From IMG/VR virus record IMGVR_UViG_3300020061_000004, positions 32,001 to 96,000 of that record: 64,000 nucleotides of DNA. The stretch is one strand, 5' to 3'. The first letter of the stretch is position 1; each line of letters begins with the position of its first letter. The position numbers and the translations under genes were made by a program. Of the stretch, positions 22,501 to 32,481 are shown one piece after another. The notes beneath the pieces were generated by a model, which saw nothing but the letters and a program-made list of their open reading frames with translations, made no database searches and had not been told where the DNA came from. The stretch is from a virus.

Positions 22501-24642
22501 ACCATATTCCTCAGTTTCAATCTTTATTTCATCTCCTATTGTAGGATTTGCAAAACTTGTATCTGGGCTATGAAATGTATATCTTTTACTTGCAGAGAAT
22601 GTAATAGGAGGACCAGAAGGTTCATCATTATTAGAGCTACCTACATATCCTGCATTAGAATTTGAGATAAATGGATCATCTCTAAGATCATTAAATGGAT
22701 AGTTAGGGTAATACCAATCCTGATTTGTTGTCTGAGTGGTATTATACTTCCATACATCGTATAATAAGCCTTTAGCTACTACTGATTTATGTCCAAATCT
22801 ATTTCCTCTTACTATTCTATATCCAACAATTCTATCAGCTTGTGCTTGTGTAATTACTCCTGCTGTAACAGAAGCAGTAATAGAATCTACAACACTCTGA
22901 TGATCAATTCTTACACCTAAAGGAAAGACAATGTTCTTATCATTATATCCTTTAGTTCCACTAAGTCCATCATGGATATGGGAAACGAGAGAATCAGGCA
23001 TTTTATGATGTCTGATAGGTTGTCCACAAAGATCACCAAATAAGTCAGGACGATTCGGATATAAATCTGTCGATTCCCAGTATGAGAAGTCACCATATTG
23101 AAAACATCTATCATCATCACAAGTTGAAAGAATATTTGGATTAGGATTCGTGAATATCAGTTGTGCTGTATTATATACCTGCCAAGTCTTGTTTCTAGGG
23201 TCTCCTGTACATGAAGGATCACTAATAACATCAGCATTAGTTACAATAGCATTGACATTTATACCATACTGAGACTGAAAATAAGCAGCAGAAGGACCAG
23301 GAATATGTCCTACAACACTTTCTTCGCCTGTATCATAGATAAGAACAAGACCAAATGCATATACTTCATCCCTCATATAGGAACGAAACTTATTTACAAA
23401 TCTTGCGGCTCTATAAGCAGGTTCTGGAATAGCAGCACTCTGCCAGAATAGTTTTACATTATTAGAGATAAGTTGTATGTTTAACTTATCTGATTGTTCT
23501 AAGTCTCCCCAGAATAAGAAGTTATTTGATGAAGCTACAATACCAGCTTTTTGATAGTATACTTTAGCTTCGAATAAGTCAGCTTCTGTTATAGCACGTG
23601 TAGCCTTCTCATTACCAGAATATGTTATAATTTTCTGTGTTATAGGAAATGTACCAACAAAATCAATACTAGTGACACTATTAATAGTCTTTATTACTAC
23701 TAAATTATAGAATAAAAGAGGAGATTGAAAGTCCAGATTATCTATCTGAATCTTTATAGCCTGATCTGTTATATAATCTGTTTCAAAAGTTTCTTCTCTG
23801 GTGAAGATAGGAATTGGATTAGTAGCAGGGAAATAAGGACTTCTTTTTAGTCCAGATTCTTCTGCAAAAGATATAGCAAATTGATATACTCCAGCTTTAA
23901 GTGATCCACCAGATACAACATCAATAAGTTCAATACAAGGATATTCAATAACAGGATCAAGTAGTGTTTTATTACAATCTAACTCATTAGCATAGATTGG
24001 TACATCACAATTATCTGGATCAGTGCCAGTTACTACTTTAAATAATATATCTAAGGTTAAAGGTTGTGTAGGATCATCATTTACATAATCAAACATTATA
24101 TAACGATATGGATTTAATCCATCTGCAAAGTATATAGAAAGATTACATGGTTCTAATCTATAGACTATCCTTACAGGATGATCTATAGAGAAATTCATAC
24201 AATTTGTTGTTATAATTGTCTGATAACTACAGCAGTTAGGAATCTTCATATTCTGAAGTTCGGATTGTACTGGAACATATTCTGCTCCACAATCATCACA
24301 TTTTGCTGTATTACTATCACTATCTCCTAGTCTTTCATCACAATCCCCTTTACCTATAATCTCTCCTATTTCTGATTCTCCTGTTATAGGATTAACAAGT
24401 ATAAGAAGTATTCTCTGTTGTTCTATAACATTTGCATACCCTATCACTTGTTTTCCAGCAGGAAAGCCAGCACAAGGAAGATTACTACCTTCATTCTGTA
24501 AAAGAGGAAAACCATTACCACTAAATTCTTCAACTACTGCATTTAAAGCAAAGTCATACCCTTGTTCACCCAGATTTTGTGGATGAAGATCAGTATTCAT
24601 ACCCTTTACAGGTGTTGAAATGTTGCTGGTATTATTAGGCAT
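19507..24642 (-). CDS. Tail stabilization / muzzle protein (crAss-like)
   Basis: 1711 aa. N-terminal KGMNTD..YDFALNA, YMRDEVYAFG, GGDVFINRF and WVSYHSYLP segments plus gene position. Confidence 0.75.
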   Translation of the reverse strand: MPNNTSNISTPVKGMNTDLHPQNLGEQGYDFALNAVVEEFSGNGFPLLQNEGSNLPCAGFPAGKQVIGYANVIEQQRILLILVNPITGESEIGEIIGKGDCDERLGDSDSNTAKCDDCGAEYVPVQSELQNMKIPNCCSYQTIITTNCMNFSIDHPVRIVYRLEPCNLSIYFADGLNPYRYIMFDYVNDDPTQPLTLDILFKVVTGTDPDNCDVPIYANELDCNKTLLDPVIEYPCIELIDVVSGGSLKAGVYQFAISFAEESGLKRSPYFPATNPIPIFTREETFETDYITDQAIKIQIDNLDFQSPLLFYNLVVIKTINSVTSIDFVGTFPITQKIITYSGNEKATRAITEADLFEAKVYYQKAGIVASSNNFLFWGDLEQSDKLNIQLISNNVKLFWQSAAIPEPAYRAARFVNKFRSYMRDEVYAFGLVLIYDTGEESVVGHIPGPSAAYFQSQYGINVNAIVTNADVISDPSCTGDPRNKTWQVYNTAQLIFTNPNPNILSTCDDDRCFQYGDFSYWESTDLYPNRPDLFGDLCGQPIRHHKMPDSLVSHIHDGLSGTKGYNDKNIVFPLGVRIDHQSVVDSITASVTAGVITQAQADRIVGYRIVRGNRFGHKSVVAKGLLYDVWKYNTTQTTNQDWYYPNYPFNDLRDDPFISNSNAGYVGSSNNDEPSGPPITFSASKRYTFHSPDTSFANPTIGDEIKIETEEYGTANTYFNYADLQAKEKMLSAFAYALALAGGLVAMLTSYQPQQTENYTVRADVVKRVNAYTTDTDASGNIPVGIVSGTLAEGTGEITTISTPESWDGSGTTDVPNIDERDIQSSSQLGDPADPSSPPATLSGPFWNPSTGVDIGSLAGVGTRIAERNITTIQGTPQQIKSGLYPGMDPAFNALILAQNAFNQFALVLTETNVIIDLIKSLVPYKNYAVQAQAVGIYNNYSNVTNSGFKRREIENYSYLKPELSLINENITGLISGQSTIHFNNFNRESSLYLKTLETNTAFPAPTNVDGSRFIMNANDDFSNHINQIYTSQISSYYGSIKNYVPDQYGNINDIQYIDTGSCIYFKNNTYVDCQLNIFGGDVFINRFAIKRKHSFWISTNFRNIDGADIDYTILGNVGYPRYWYQTTTGIAQALTSGNITDLFTNPWQILGRPNSNLDCKTEKFFYQNGVMYLYNYGIPYFLVESDRDVDFRTAQNSLQGDFYPHTTDLNFWLQEKNVPPSEDNTFFYNNTYSKQNEEHFYGQYPPDFQPNRQCRVNFPNGIIFSNGPNWLNYRPNDFYNFPLSNGKLIAVDGIENDKVLVRSENTFQIFNAYITIPTNTPDSIQVGTGGMFASKPQEYSHTTLGYGGAQSQFILNTEYGHIWVDSKRGQIFNLSPEGLDEISKNGMKNWFKENLPFQLLKDFPSMTDSDLDNSFKGVGTTLCFDKRFNRFLITKLDYKVIDPTVEWDPIAKVFFIPTVPTRTVVNLTDIKYFCNKSWTISYNFFLKSWVSYHSYLPNYYIEGVDYFISGSNSATSTASIHNQTNKSYQVFGGKLYPFTIQTITKPDINKNNQNSIEYGLDVIRYHNQFDPYYTIDKTFNKAVVFTQNQNSGQLNLEYHDKRNLNTLRQFPIQNIDSTTIRVTNADGIWRINTFYDIVNNRLNNMPLWLNNCANTEKKLNNKALDYQMPDLNKRRIRGEYCRVKLSNDATSNYKFIFKWLVNHEVKTYR

Positions 24643-25559
24643 TAACTATTGAAATTAGTCTGATTGTATATTCTAAGATTCTTTCTCTGTACTCTAATAT
24701 AATTGATAGTTTGCTGGAAAGAAGGCATTTTACACCAATAAGCAGCTTGCTTTATTGAATCATCTGAGTTTGCTCTAGCTATCTTATATCTATCATCAAG
24801 ATTAGCTATTACACCATTAAACCAAAGGTCTTCAATTACACGATAGATAATATAGTCTTCCATTGCTTTCTCAATGAATGTATTATGAGGAACCATTGGA
24901 AGTCCTGTCTCTTCATCCATTGCAAAACCATAATATTTCATGAAGATATGTCCATGCTCAAAGTGAGTATGGATAAATCCATTATCAATAGTTATTTCTG
25001 GAGTATCATGATGACGGAAGTTTCTTTCATCAATATCAATATCATGTCGTCCAAACTTCTCAATAGGACGAGCACCTGTTCCTAGTCTAAGTAATGTAGG
25101 ACGTCTATAGTTGAAAGTATTAGGCTTACCATGAATATATGTTCTAGCTCTTAATACTTCACCTTCTACGAAATCAAACTTAGCTGATAAGCAGTTATTA
25201 CCTTTACATTGTACAAATGGCTGCCATGTTTCCTCTAAATACATAGAGAAACCCTCTTGTGGAAAACAGTCTTCTTTAGACTGGCTTGTCATTGTAAGAG
25301 GGTCAGTGGAATAAGCAGCATATAAATACTGGAAGTTGTCAGGAAGAGCTGTCTTATGGTGTTTAACTTCAAGTAATACTTGCCCTTCTTCAGAGATAGA
25401 AACACCTAGTTTTTCAAATACTTCCTTTACATAATAGTAAAAGTCACCTTCATCAATTACACCAGATGCATCAAATGAGCTGAGCCTTTTCTTAATTCTA
25501 GCGAAAAGTCTTTCAGTTGTCTCATATTTGAGCATCTTATTTGGATCAATAACTCCCAT
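24642..25559 (-). CDS. Tail ring / tubular protein
   Basis: 305 aa between the IHF-like gene and the muzzle; IHTHFEHGHIFMKYYG..DEETGLPMVP segment. Confidence 0.6.
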   Translation of the reverse strand: MGVIDPNKMLKYETTERLFARIKKRLSSFDASGVIDEGDFYYYVKEVFEKLGVSISEEGQVLLEVKHHKTALPDNFQYLYAAYSTDPLTMTSQSKEDCFPQEGFSMYLEETWQPFVQCKGNNCLSAKFDFVEGEVLRARTYIHGKPNTFNYRRPTLLRLGTGARPIEKFGRHDIDIDERNFRHHDTPEITIDNGFIHTHFEHGHIFMKYYGFAMDEETGLPMVPHNTFIEKAMEDYIIYRVIEDLWFNGVIANLDDRYKIARANSDDSIKQAAYWCKMPSFQQTINYIRVQRKNLRIYNQTNFNS

Positions 25560-26073
25560 TTTCTTCTAATTTTAGTTTCTTATGAACTAGTTTTTCGAGT
25601 TTATTAAAATCCCAGAAATCTTTAAGAGTCCACTCATTATAATCTTTTTCAGCTCTTATATTTTTAGATACCTCATTTCTAAGATTTCTAAGAGGAGCAA
25701 ACTTATAGACTTCATTAAAGGCAAACCGGGAAATTCCAGTTTTAAACCATTTTATATGATAACGATAGCCAAAACTATGTAGATTTAAGTAGTAAATAGT
25801 CTTACTATACTTCTTAGTATCAGCCCAGTTTATAGCTTTTTTCTTAGTTTTATACTTTATAACACACAGATAACCAAGGTTTTCTGGGAGTTTAAACCCA
25901 TCACTATCTTCTACGATAGCATCAAATATCTTCTTATTAGATACTTTAATTATCTCTGAAAATTGAGAATAACTAATATCACTCTTGGTCTTTTCTTTAT
26001 AAAGTTTCCAGAGAGCTGGAGATAATACTTGATCTCTATCTGGTAGTTGATAATGTGTACCTTTATGCGGCAT
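25546..26073 (-). CDS. IHF/HU-like DNA-binding protein
   Basis: 175 aa, basic; GFKLPENLGYLCV resembles the HU/IHF arm; crAss-like position. Confidence 0.6.
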   Translation of the reverse strand: MPHKGTHYQLPDRDQVLSPALWKLYKEKTKSDISYSQFSEIIKVSNKKIFDAIVEDSDGFKLPENLGYLCVIKYKTKKKAINWADTKKYSKTIYYLNLHSFGYRYHIKWFKTGISRFAFNEVYKFAPLRNLRNEVSKNIRAEKDYNEWTLKDFWDFNKLEKLVHKKLKLEENGSY

Positions 26074-26777
26074 TATTGCTTCTCCTTAACTTTTTCGTTA
26101 GTATTCAAGTTTGGAGCTTCATCTACTACATTACGTTTATAGAAGTTAAATAGGTCTTTTAGAGTTTCCTGCTTTACTACAGATACTAGATAGTCAGGAC
26201 ATACAAAGGGTTGATCTAGTATACTTACACATTCCTGTTCACTTTCTGGAATACATGAATTAAGTTTATTAGCCTCAGCAGGTTCTAGGAATACACCTCT
26301 CAGGGTGACAGTAGTTACAAGTGCATCAGGTACAATGAGAAAACCATTCTGAATCCAATAATACTTGATTCTCTTATCATAAAACTCACGATTTAGGATA
26401 TTCTTATACTGTTCTGGGGTGGTGAAAGTGAATTCTCGGGAAAACTTAGGGTTTAATACCTGTAAAAGCTCTCTAAACTTATTCTGAATAAGATCAGGAA
26501 TCTTCTTCCTACTCTTCATTACCATAGTACAATTAGGTATATCAATATCACAGCAGTCTACTAAAGGAACCTCACAAAGTTCTACACAAGACACATTAGT
26601 CCATATCTCTGACATGGTATAAAGCCTACGTGATTCAGAATCTCTATTGATAAATAAGGAAGCAAATGAACGAAGCTTTGATAGAATATACCTTTTACTC
26701 ACTCTATCATCTAAGTTTAAGGCTCTTAGATCGTTCACAATATCGGAGATAATTTCTCTATTAGTTAATGATGCCAT
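26073..26777 (-). CDS. Tail ring protein (crAss-like)
   Basis: 234 aa. TNREIISDI N-terminus and YYWIQNGFL..VTLRGVFLEP; gene order. Confidence 0.55.
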   Translation of the reverse strand: MASLTNREIISDIVNDLRALNLDDRVSKRYILSKLRSFASLFINRDSESRRLYTMSEIWTNVSCVELCEVPLVDCCDIDIPNCTMVMKSRKKIPDLIQNKFRELLQVLNPKFSREFTFTTPEQYKNILNREFYDKRIKYYWIQNGFLIVPDALVTTVTLRGVFLEPAEANKLNSCIPESEQECVSILDQPFVCPDYLVSVVKQETLKDLFNFYKRNVVDEAPNLNTNEKVKEKQ

Positions 26778-26792
26778 AATGAAAAATAGTTA

Positions 26793-26831
26793 CAAATATA
26801 CATTATTTGTATGGTATTATGAAACGTGTAA
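26793..26831 (-). promoter_or_regulatory. Class II promoter candidate TTACA-N26-TATATTTG
   Basis: Same spacing at four intergenic sites. Confidence 0.65.
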
Positions 26832-26848
26832 ACAAAAATGGTTATAAT

Positions 26849-26872
26849 AAAAAACCCCTGTAGAAACAGGGG
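26849..26872 (-). terminator. Intrinsic terminator
   Basis: CCCCTGT TTCT ACAGGGG TTTTTTT. Confidence 0.8.
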
Positions 26873-26898
26873 TAATTATGATCACTAAACAAGACATT

Positions 26899-28257
26899 TT
26901 AACTATGCATATAGTAATAGTTTGCTACTAATCCTTTATCAAAGTGGTAAAGGAATGCTTCAGCAGCTTTAAGGCTTAAATATCCTTTTTCAGCATGCCA
27001 AGCGTCATTTGCCGACAAGGAATTAAGGATTTTAACTGTAAAACCTGGGTATTCTTGGACATCTGTGAACTTAACCTGTTTCGAGTGATGGAAGTGACCC
27101 ACATGCACTCGTCTAAACTTAGTGGCCGCCCAGAGAGTTGGTTGTTCAGTCGCGCAGATGATCCCCAAATCATTGAGCTTTTCTCTGTGTCCATGTGTGT
27201 ACATGATAAGGTTCTGTCCATACTGATAGTATTTACGTGGAGTATGTGTGTTAATGACTTTTACATACTTATTTGTGTGAAACCATGCATCTAATACCTC
27301 TCCAAGAGTAAATGTAGAAATACTATCATGATTTCCCGGTATAATTATCACATCTACAGGTGCAATAGTAGATAGTTTTTCTATAGTTTCAATTAATAGA
27401 GTCTTTGCAGTCTGGAACATCTTCCCAAAGCGTGAATCACATGATACGGGTGTACCGGCAGTAGTAGTATTACTAGCATTATCCACATTAATGAGGTCAT
27501 TACCAACAGGAAGAATGATTTTTGCTACATTTTCCAGATTAACACGAGACAGTAATTCTTCTACTGCCTTTGTATAACGATCTACAGCAATTTTACTATC
27601 ATAAGCTTCTCCTGTTTCCTTTCCCCATGCCAGTTTACCAATATGCAAATCAGGAATGTTGATTTCTAATGCATGTACCTTTTCAACCTTAGATGGAACT
27701 GCATATTCAATACCAATATTACTATAAGGACTATATCCCTTGATTTCATCAAGAAACTTCTTCTTGTCGAATTCAACTGAGCTTTCCTTTTTATTTTTAA
27801 CTTTAGCCTTCACCGAATATAGTGGCTTAGACTCGATCTCTCCTTGGTTGTTCTTAATCCAAGCATTGTATGATTTAATCTCATAATCTGATATATTTCC
27901 CTTATCAAGATTGATCTTTGCAACACTTATAAGATCATCAAGATTCTCTACTTTATCTTCTGTAGTATGTGTATATACAGATTCTGCATCTTCTACTTTA
28001 TATGACCAACCAGTATTAGGAAGAGTTAGTGATCGAGTAGGGTCTTTTACTAAAGACTGATCATAATCTACACTATAATATCCAATTGTTGCAGTAGTAA
28101 GGGGTTTGTTTGTTTTATTTAATTGTCTCCAACGTTTACGAGCTTTTTCAGGATGAATATTAAACTTTGCAGCAATTTTATTGTAATATCCTACTTCATT
28201 TGTCTTTTTAGGATTTGCCATTATATATTCATCAACTAACTTATTCAGTTCACTCAT
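26899..28257 (-). CDS. Calcineurin-like metallophosphoesterase with N-terminal HTH-like region
   Basis: DLHIG, GND, GNHD, THG and GHFH motifs. Start moved to MSELNKL (28257) because the ORF-track start lies inside the promoter. Confidence 0.8.
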   Translation of the reverse strand: MSELNKLVDEYIMANPKKTNEVGYYNKIAAKFNIHPEKARKRWRQLNKTNKPLTTATIGYYSVDYDQSLVKDPTRSLTLPNTGWSYKVEDAESVYTHTTEDKVENLDDLISVAKINLDKGNISDYEIKSYNAWIKNNQGEIESKPLYSVKAKVKNKKESSVEFDKKKFLDEIKGYSPYSNIGIEYAVPSKVEKVHALEINIPDLHIGKLAWGKETGEAYDSKIAVDRYTKAVEELLSRVNLENVAKIILPVGNDLINVDNASNTTTAGTPVSCDSRFGKMFQTAKTLLIETIEKLSTIAPVDVIIIPGNHDSISTFTLGEVLDAWFHTNKYVKVINTHTPRKYYQYGQNLIMYTHGHREKLNDLGIICATEQPTLWAATKFRRVHVGHFHHSKQVKFTDVQEYPGFTVKILNSLSANDAWHAEKGYLSLKAAEAFLYHFDKGLVANYYYMHS

Positions 28258-28273
28258 TTTGTTATATTTTACA

Positions 28274-28305
28274 CAAAAATACACAAAATCTCTGATATAT
28301 CCAAA
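28274..28305 (-). promoter_or_regulatory. Bacteroidota-type promoter (metallophosphoesterase)
   Basis: TTTG-N20-TATTTTTG. Confidence 0.8.
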
Positions 28306-28306
28306 T

Positions 28307-28334
28307 AAAAAATCCCCTCCTAGAAAAGAGGGGA
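28307..28334 (-). terminator. Intrinsic terminator after tail fibre
   Basis: TCCCCTC TTTTCTAG GAGGGGA TTTTTT. Confidence 0.8.
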
Positions 28335-28376
28335 CAGAACCTATCCAAAAACCAACAAAAGCATAGGGTCTTAAAG

Positions 28377-30140
28377 TTATTTTAATTCGAGTACTTTTAC
28401 CTTATCACTCAACTCTTTAACTGCATTTATTAGTGTAAAGATTAGAGTATCTGTATCAAGTTTTTTGAAATCCTCAATATTATAATAATGACTTTTTTCA
28501 GTAACTACAGCTTCAGGTATAATCTTTTCTATTTCTTGTGCAATTACACCTACACGTTTATCACCAGTAGTATTGTCTTTAAAATGAAACTTTAATGTAT
28601 TAATTTTTTCAATTTCATCAAGTCCTCTTGTATAAGATTCAAAACCAGTTTTTACTCTTTCATCTGATGTTACAACAACTCCTGTAGAGAAACTATTTGT
28701 CATAGTGCTACCTTCTTGGAAGATAGCATGTTTATTAGTTATACGTGCTCCATAATCACTTGTAGTAATATCATCAATATATAAACCATAGTAGTCAGCA
28801 ACAGTTCCTGTATAAACTGCACCAGTTGGTGCTGTATTAATACCTCTTGCTCTTATTGCTGCCCATCTTGATACATTTCCTGCATCAGATGCAAAAGCAA
28901 CAAATGTACCATTACTTACTATATTATCTACTGATACACTACCAGCATTTTCTTTAAACATAACACCCACTACACCTGCATATCCATCACATCCAGGAGC
29001 TAATGTAACTGCACCAGTTGCATTTATTCTCATTTCTCCATGAATCGCAGATTTTATTGAGTTAATAGCATCTGTCTGTGCTCCACCATCAATTTCTAAT
29101 AAACCAAATATTCCATTTAATCCTGTAGAAGCAAATGTTCCTGTAGTTGATATAGTTGCAGCACTAGTCTTTCCACCAGATACTACATAAGTATTTTCTA
29201 TCTGAAAGTTAGCTCCAGTACCGGGAGTACCTTCACCCATGTATAATACAGGATTGTCATGATACTTCAAATTAAAAGTAGCAAAATCAATATCTGTATT
29301 CTTAATTAATGGACCACCCATCTGAACTGTATTACCAGTAATGCTAAGACCATTATTAGCAGCATTAACTGTACCGGAATTGCCTACGAATAAACCATCA
29401 CTATTTACAGTAATATTATTACCAGCAGTAACTGATACTTTAACATTAGCAGTTAAGACATTAGGAGTAGTAGTTGAAAGATTAAGATCAACTGTAGCTG
29501 TATCATTAGCTTGTAAACCTGCTGTTAATAAGCAATTTGCAAGCTGTTCCCTGACACCTAAGTTAGAACTACATAATGCACTAGCAAAGCAAGCAGCGTT
29601 GAATGTAGGGCGTATTACAAGGGTTCCAGAATTATCTAGGACATCAATAGATATACAACCATCTACAGTAGTGTCTCCTACTACCTGATTAAATAAATAA
29701 TCAGGAGAATCATTAGCATCTACCTTTACAAAGAAATTAGGATTGGGATTAGTGGCAAGGAGTCCATTAGCTGTAGCAGATAATAGATTACCAACAGTTG
29801 GGTCTATTATTACATTACCACTTAATGTTCTTCCATCAAGGCCAACAGTTAAATCTAATGTGTTTGTATCAAGAGGAATGATAGGAGTATTAGCTGTACT
29901 ACCAAACTTTGCATCTATTGCATCAAATATTGTCTGAGCAGAACTACCATTAGGAAGTCCTAGATTTATTAGATTAGTTGCAGGAGGGATGAAGCCTGGA
30001 TATGTAGGATGATAGATAACACAAGCAGAATCCATTTCTGAATTACAGTTTGCATTTTCATTACATTGATCACAATAAGGAACTACTACACAATTACATC
30101 TAAGATGGTCTGGGCCACCACAAGTTGAGCAAATAGGCAT
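28377..30140 (-). CDS. Tail fibre/spike with C-terminal S74-type intramolecular chaperone
   Basis: 587 aa. C-terminal SDERVK...GVIAQEIEKIIPEAV...LINAVKEL coiled coil. Confidence 0.8.
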   Translation of the reverse strand: MPICSTCGGPDHLRCNCVVVPYCDQCNENANCNSEMDSACVIYHPTYPGFIPPATNLINLGLPNGSSAQTIFDAIDAKFGSTANTPIIPLDTNTLDLTVGLDGRTLSGNVIIDPTVGNLLSATANGLLATNPNPNFFVKVDANDSPDYLFNQVVGDTTVDGCISIDVLDNSGTLVIRPTFNAACFASALCSSNLGVREQLANCLLTAGLQANDTATVDLNLSTTTPNVLTANVKVSVTAGNNITVNSDGLFVGNSGTVNAANNGLSITGNTVQMGGPLIKNTDIDFATFNLKYHDNPVLYMGEGTPGTGANFQIENTYVVSGGKTSAATISTTGTFASTGLNGIFGLLEIDGGAQTDAINSIKSAIHGEMRINATGAVTLAPGCDGYAGVVGVMFKENAGSVSVDNIVSNGTFVAFASDAGNVSRWAAIRARGINTAPTGAVYTGTVADYYGLYIDDITTSDYGARITNKHAIFQEGSTMTNSFSTGVVVTSDERVKTGFESYTRGLDEIEKINTLKFHFKDNTTGDKRVGVIAQEIEKIIPEAVVTEKSHYYNIEDFKKLDTDTLIFTLINAVKELSDKVKVLELK

Positions 30141-30141
30141 A

Positions 30142-30927
30142 TTATACAGTTGTTATTGTCTTAACGATTCCGTTTGCCTGAATCTTAAGAAGGTTTGAAG
30201 TGGTATTAAACCAATACTGTCCATCAAGAATTCCTGTAGGATCAGTAGCTAAATTACCAAGATATCCAATTACACCACAAGCAAGAGCAGCAAGACTTAC
30301 CGAGTTACCACCTACAATAGATAATGTCTTAGTAGTATTATCAAGTGAAAGTGTCTGAGGAGCAGAAAATATACCATCAGATAAAATAGAAGCTCTATTA
30401 TTAGCTGTAGCTGATATCTTCACCACCCCAGTGATAGTATGGTTCTGAGTACCTGAAACAGTAAAATCAATAGATGTACTATCTATAGGAGTAATAGGAA
30501 TTGTTGCAGCGGCAGTTGCAGCAGCTATAGCAGCACTCTGTGTAGCAAATTCAGTATCAACTGATTGTGCAAACTGTTGTAGAGTATTTATAGTAAATGG
30601 AACAGCTCTAAGAAAGGGAAGAGTGTAGTTTGGTACATTCATTACCTGTCCAATAGGTACTGCAACAGTATCCATAAATAACTGAAGAGTAGCTCCATTA
30701 TTTAAGCCAATAGGTGTAAGATTATTAATTATATCATTATTCTTATGATAGATGACACAATTAGAATCTAACTGAATTGGGCAACCAGTATTATTACACG
30801 TACATACAGGCTGACCACATCCACATCCGCCATATTGCCAACCAGAAGGAGCTATACGAGGATATTGAGGACCAAATGGAACAGCATCACTACCACATCC
30901 ACAACCAGAATAAAGAGGGTTAGGCAT
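30142..30927 (-). CDS. Putative tail fibre-associated structural protein
   Basis: 261 aa. Cys-rich N-terminus (DSNCVIYH) shared with the 587-aa fibre; GQYWFNTT C-terminus. Confidence 0.55.
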   Translation of the reverse strand: MPNPLYSGCGCGSDAVPFGPQYPRIAPSGWQYGGCGCGQPVCTCNNTGCPIQLDSNCVIYHKNNDIINNLTPIGLNNGATLQLFMDTVAVPIGQVMNVPNYTLPFLRAVPFTINTLQQFAQSVDTEFATQSAAIAAATAAATIPITPIDSTSIDFTVSGTQNHTITGVVKISATANNRASILSDGIFSAPQTLSLDNTTKTLSIVGGNSVSLAALACGVIGYLGNLATDPTGILDGQYWFNTTSNLLKIQANGIVKTITTV

Positions 30928-30938
30928 TTTATTTTAAT

Positions 30939-31397
30939 TTATATTCCTAAGAATGTTTTAATTGTACAAATTTCACTTCTAAATAAGTTTAGAATAGAAA
31001 TGAGTGAGTATGTATTAGTTCCAACTTGACAAGGTGCAGCTGAGGCTGAAAGACATTGTAAGTCTATTGTTAGAAGCTGTGTAGCAATATTCCAAGCATT
31101 TACAGTTGATGTTAATGCAGTGAGAGCAGCATCCAGTCCACATATCTTATCTGTGTGAATCTGAAATAATCCCTTTACATCTACATCAATAGGAACAGTT
31201 GTTAGACACTGGTTATTAAGATTAGTAACATTAATAGCCGTCTGAATATTTAGAATAGCCTGTGATATTAGATCAACAATGTCATTGACATTAGCATCAC
31301 AGTCGGGTTGTTGTTCTGTTGTAAGAAATACTAAATCCTTTCCTGTGTAAGGAACACATTCAGAAGGAATTATATTACCACATGAATATCTTCTCAT
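30939..31397 (-). CDS. Putative tail-associated protein
   Basis: 152 aa. ECVPYTG motif similar to neighbouring fibre N-termini. Confidence 0.5.
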   Translation of the reverse strand: MRRYSCGNIIPSECVPYTGKDLVFLTTEQQPDCDANVNDIVDLISQAILNIQTAINVTNLNNQCLTTVPIDVDVKGLFQIHTDKICGLDAALTALTSTVNAWNIATQLLTIDLQCLSASAAPCQVGTNTYSLISILNLFRSEICTIKTFLGI

Positions 31398-31555
31398 TGT
31401 ACTTTTTTATAAAGGAGGCTACAAATATATTCTGTTTGTTGTTTATCTTTGAAGAACTTGGCCTTTAGAAAGTCTTCATTAGGAAGTTCGCAGGTAATAT
31501 CATAGCGATAGCTATTATATACAGCATTAGCATATTTAAGAAGTATCTTTAACAT
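31394..31555 (-). CDS. Small hypothetical protein (53 aa, not in ORF track)
   Basis: Hand translation MLKILLKYANAVYNSYRYDITCE...YKKVQ; fills the gap, with ATGA overlap to the next gene. Confidence 0.65.
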   Translation of the reverse strand: MLKILLKYANAVYNSYRYDITCELPNEDFLKAKFFKDKQQTEYICSLLYKKVQ

Positions 31556-31869
31556 TGTCCTGTGCTTAATATTACTGTTACAAAACTTTTAATCTCGTCA
31601 AGCTGCTTTTTAAAATAGCAGACATTTGTTGGGTAGTTGAGTGTTGAAAGTAATATACCTCTATAGTTTACAAGCTGAGCTTGTGTGATATTAGGCATAG
31701 TTGTATATAACCCTTTATCCTTAAAGCATGTTACTTTTTCCAACCATGAATTTACCTGATCTAAGGTATATACACAATCTGATTGTTGTGTTTCATCAAT
31801 GGGAGGAACAGAACGAGTAGCAAATGAGCGTGTAGCTATTGTAGCATTACCCGATGAACATCCACACAT
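31549..31869 (-). CDS. Hypothetical protein in tail operon
   Basis: 106 aa; coupled stop/start. Confidence 0.6.
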   Translation of the reverse strand: MCGCSSGNATIATRSFATRSVPPIDETQQSDCVYTLDQVNSWLEKVTCFKDKGLYTTMPNITQAQLVNYRGILLSTLNYPTNVCYFKKQLDEIKSFVTVILSTGQC

Positions 31870-32435
31870 TAGTTACAACATTTTTCGAGTTTCTTAATTA
31901 ATCGATCTGTCAACTTAGATGCCAATGCATAAAACTCAGTAGCTTTCTTTTCATTCTGATCTGCAATAAGATGACATCCTTCTACAAGCATGTGTATCTC
32001 AGCAAGATCATTCATTATTGTTAAGTCCTCTTTTCTTGAACAATCTGAAGCTCCTATCTTTTCATAGATAAAAGTAATTCGTTGTTCTAAGATATTAGTA
32101 CGACAAAAGCTCTTAAGTTTATAATTGAGATTGTATGGACAGATTTTATACTTTAGTCGATATACTCCATCAGGAAGATCAATAAGACAATCAGCATTCA
32201 ATAAGTCTGTAAGTCCTAAAGTATTGGAATTGAAGGTATTAACCTGATTTGCAACAATATTAACTAAGAAATACTTATTGTATCCCGGCATTAATACTTC
32301 AAGTAAGGGTCTATCAGGTTGTCCTATATATACAGAGCTATCTATGAAAACAAGAGTCTTAGGATTTCCCGTAGAAATTATTTCGAAATCTATAATATTT
32401 TCTCTAAATCCCTTCATAAATAAAAAAAGGAGCAA
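31869..32435 (-). CDS. Putative tail hub protein
   Basis: LPDGVYRLKY segment and gene position; true start may be the downstream MKGF. Confidence 0.5.
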   Translation of the reverse strand: MLLFLFMKGFRENIIDFEIISTGNPKTLVFIDSSVYIGQPDRPLLEVLMPGYNKYFLVNIVANQVNTFNSNTLGLTDLLNADCLIDLPDGVYRLKYKICPYNLNYKLKSFCRTNILEQRITFIYEKIGASDCSRKEDLTIMNDLAEIHMLVEGCHLIADQNEKKATEFYALASKLTDRLIKKLEKCCN

Positions 32436-32458
32436 GCAAGATTGTACCTGCTTGCTCC
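32422..32458 (-). terminator. Intrinsic terminator
   Basis: GGAGCAAGCA...TGCTTGCTCC TTTTTTT. Confidence 0.85.
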
Positions 32459-32481
32459 AGATTATAAGAGTTACAAAAAAC

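Noticed and set aside
31422-31429. TATATTTG as a promoter
   Set aside because: It lies in a small CDS and has neither TTTG at N20 nor TTACA at N26.
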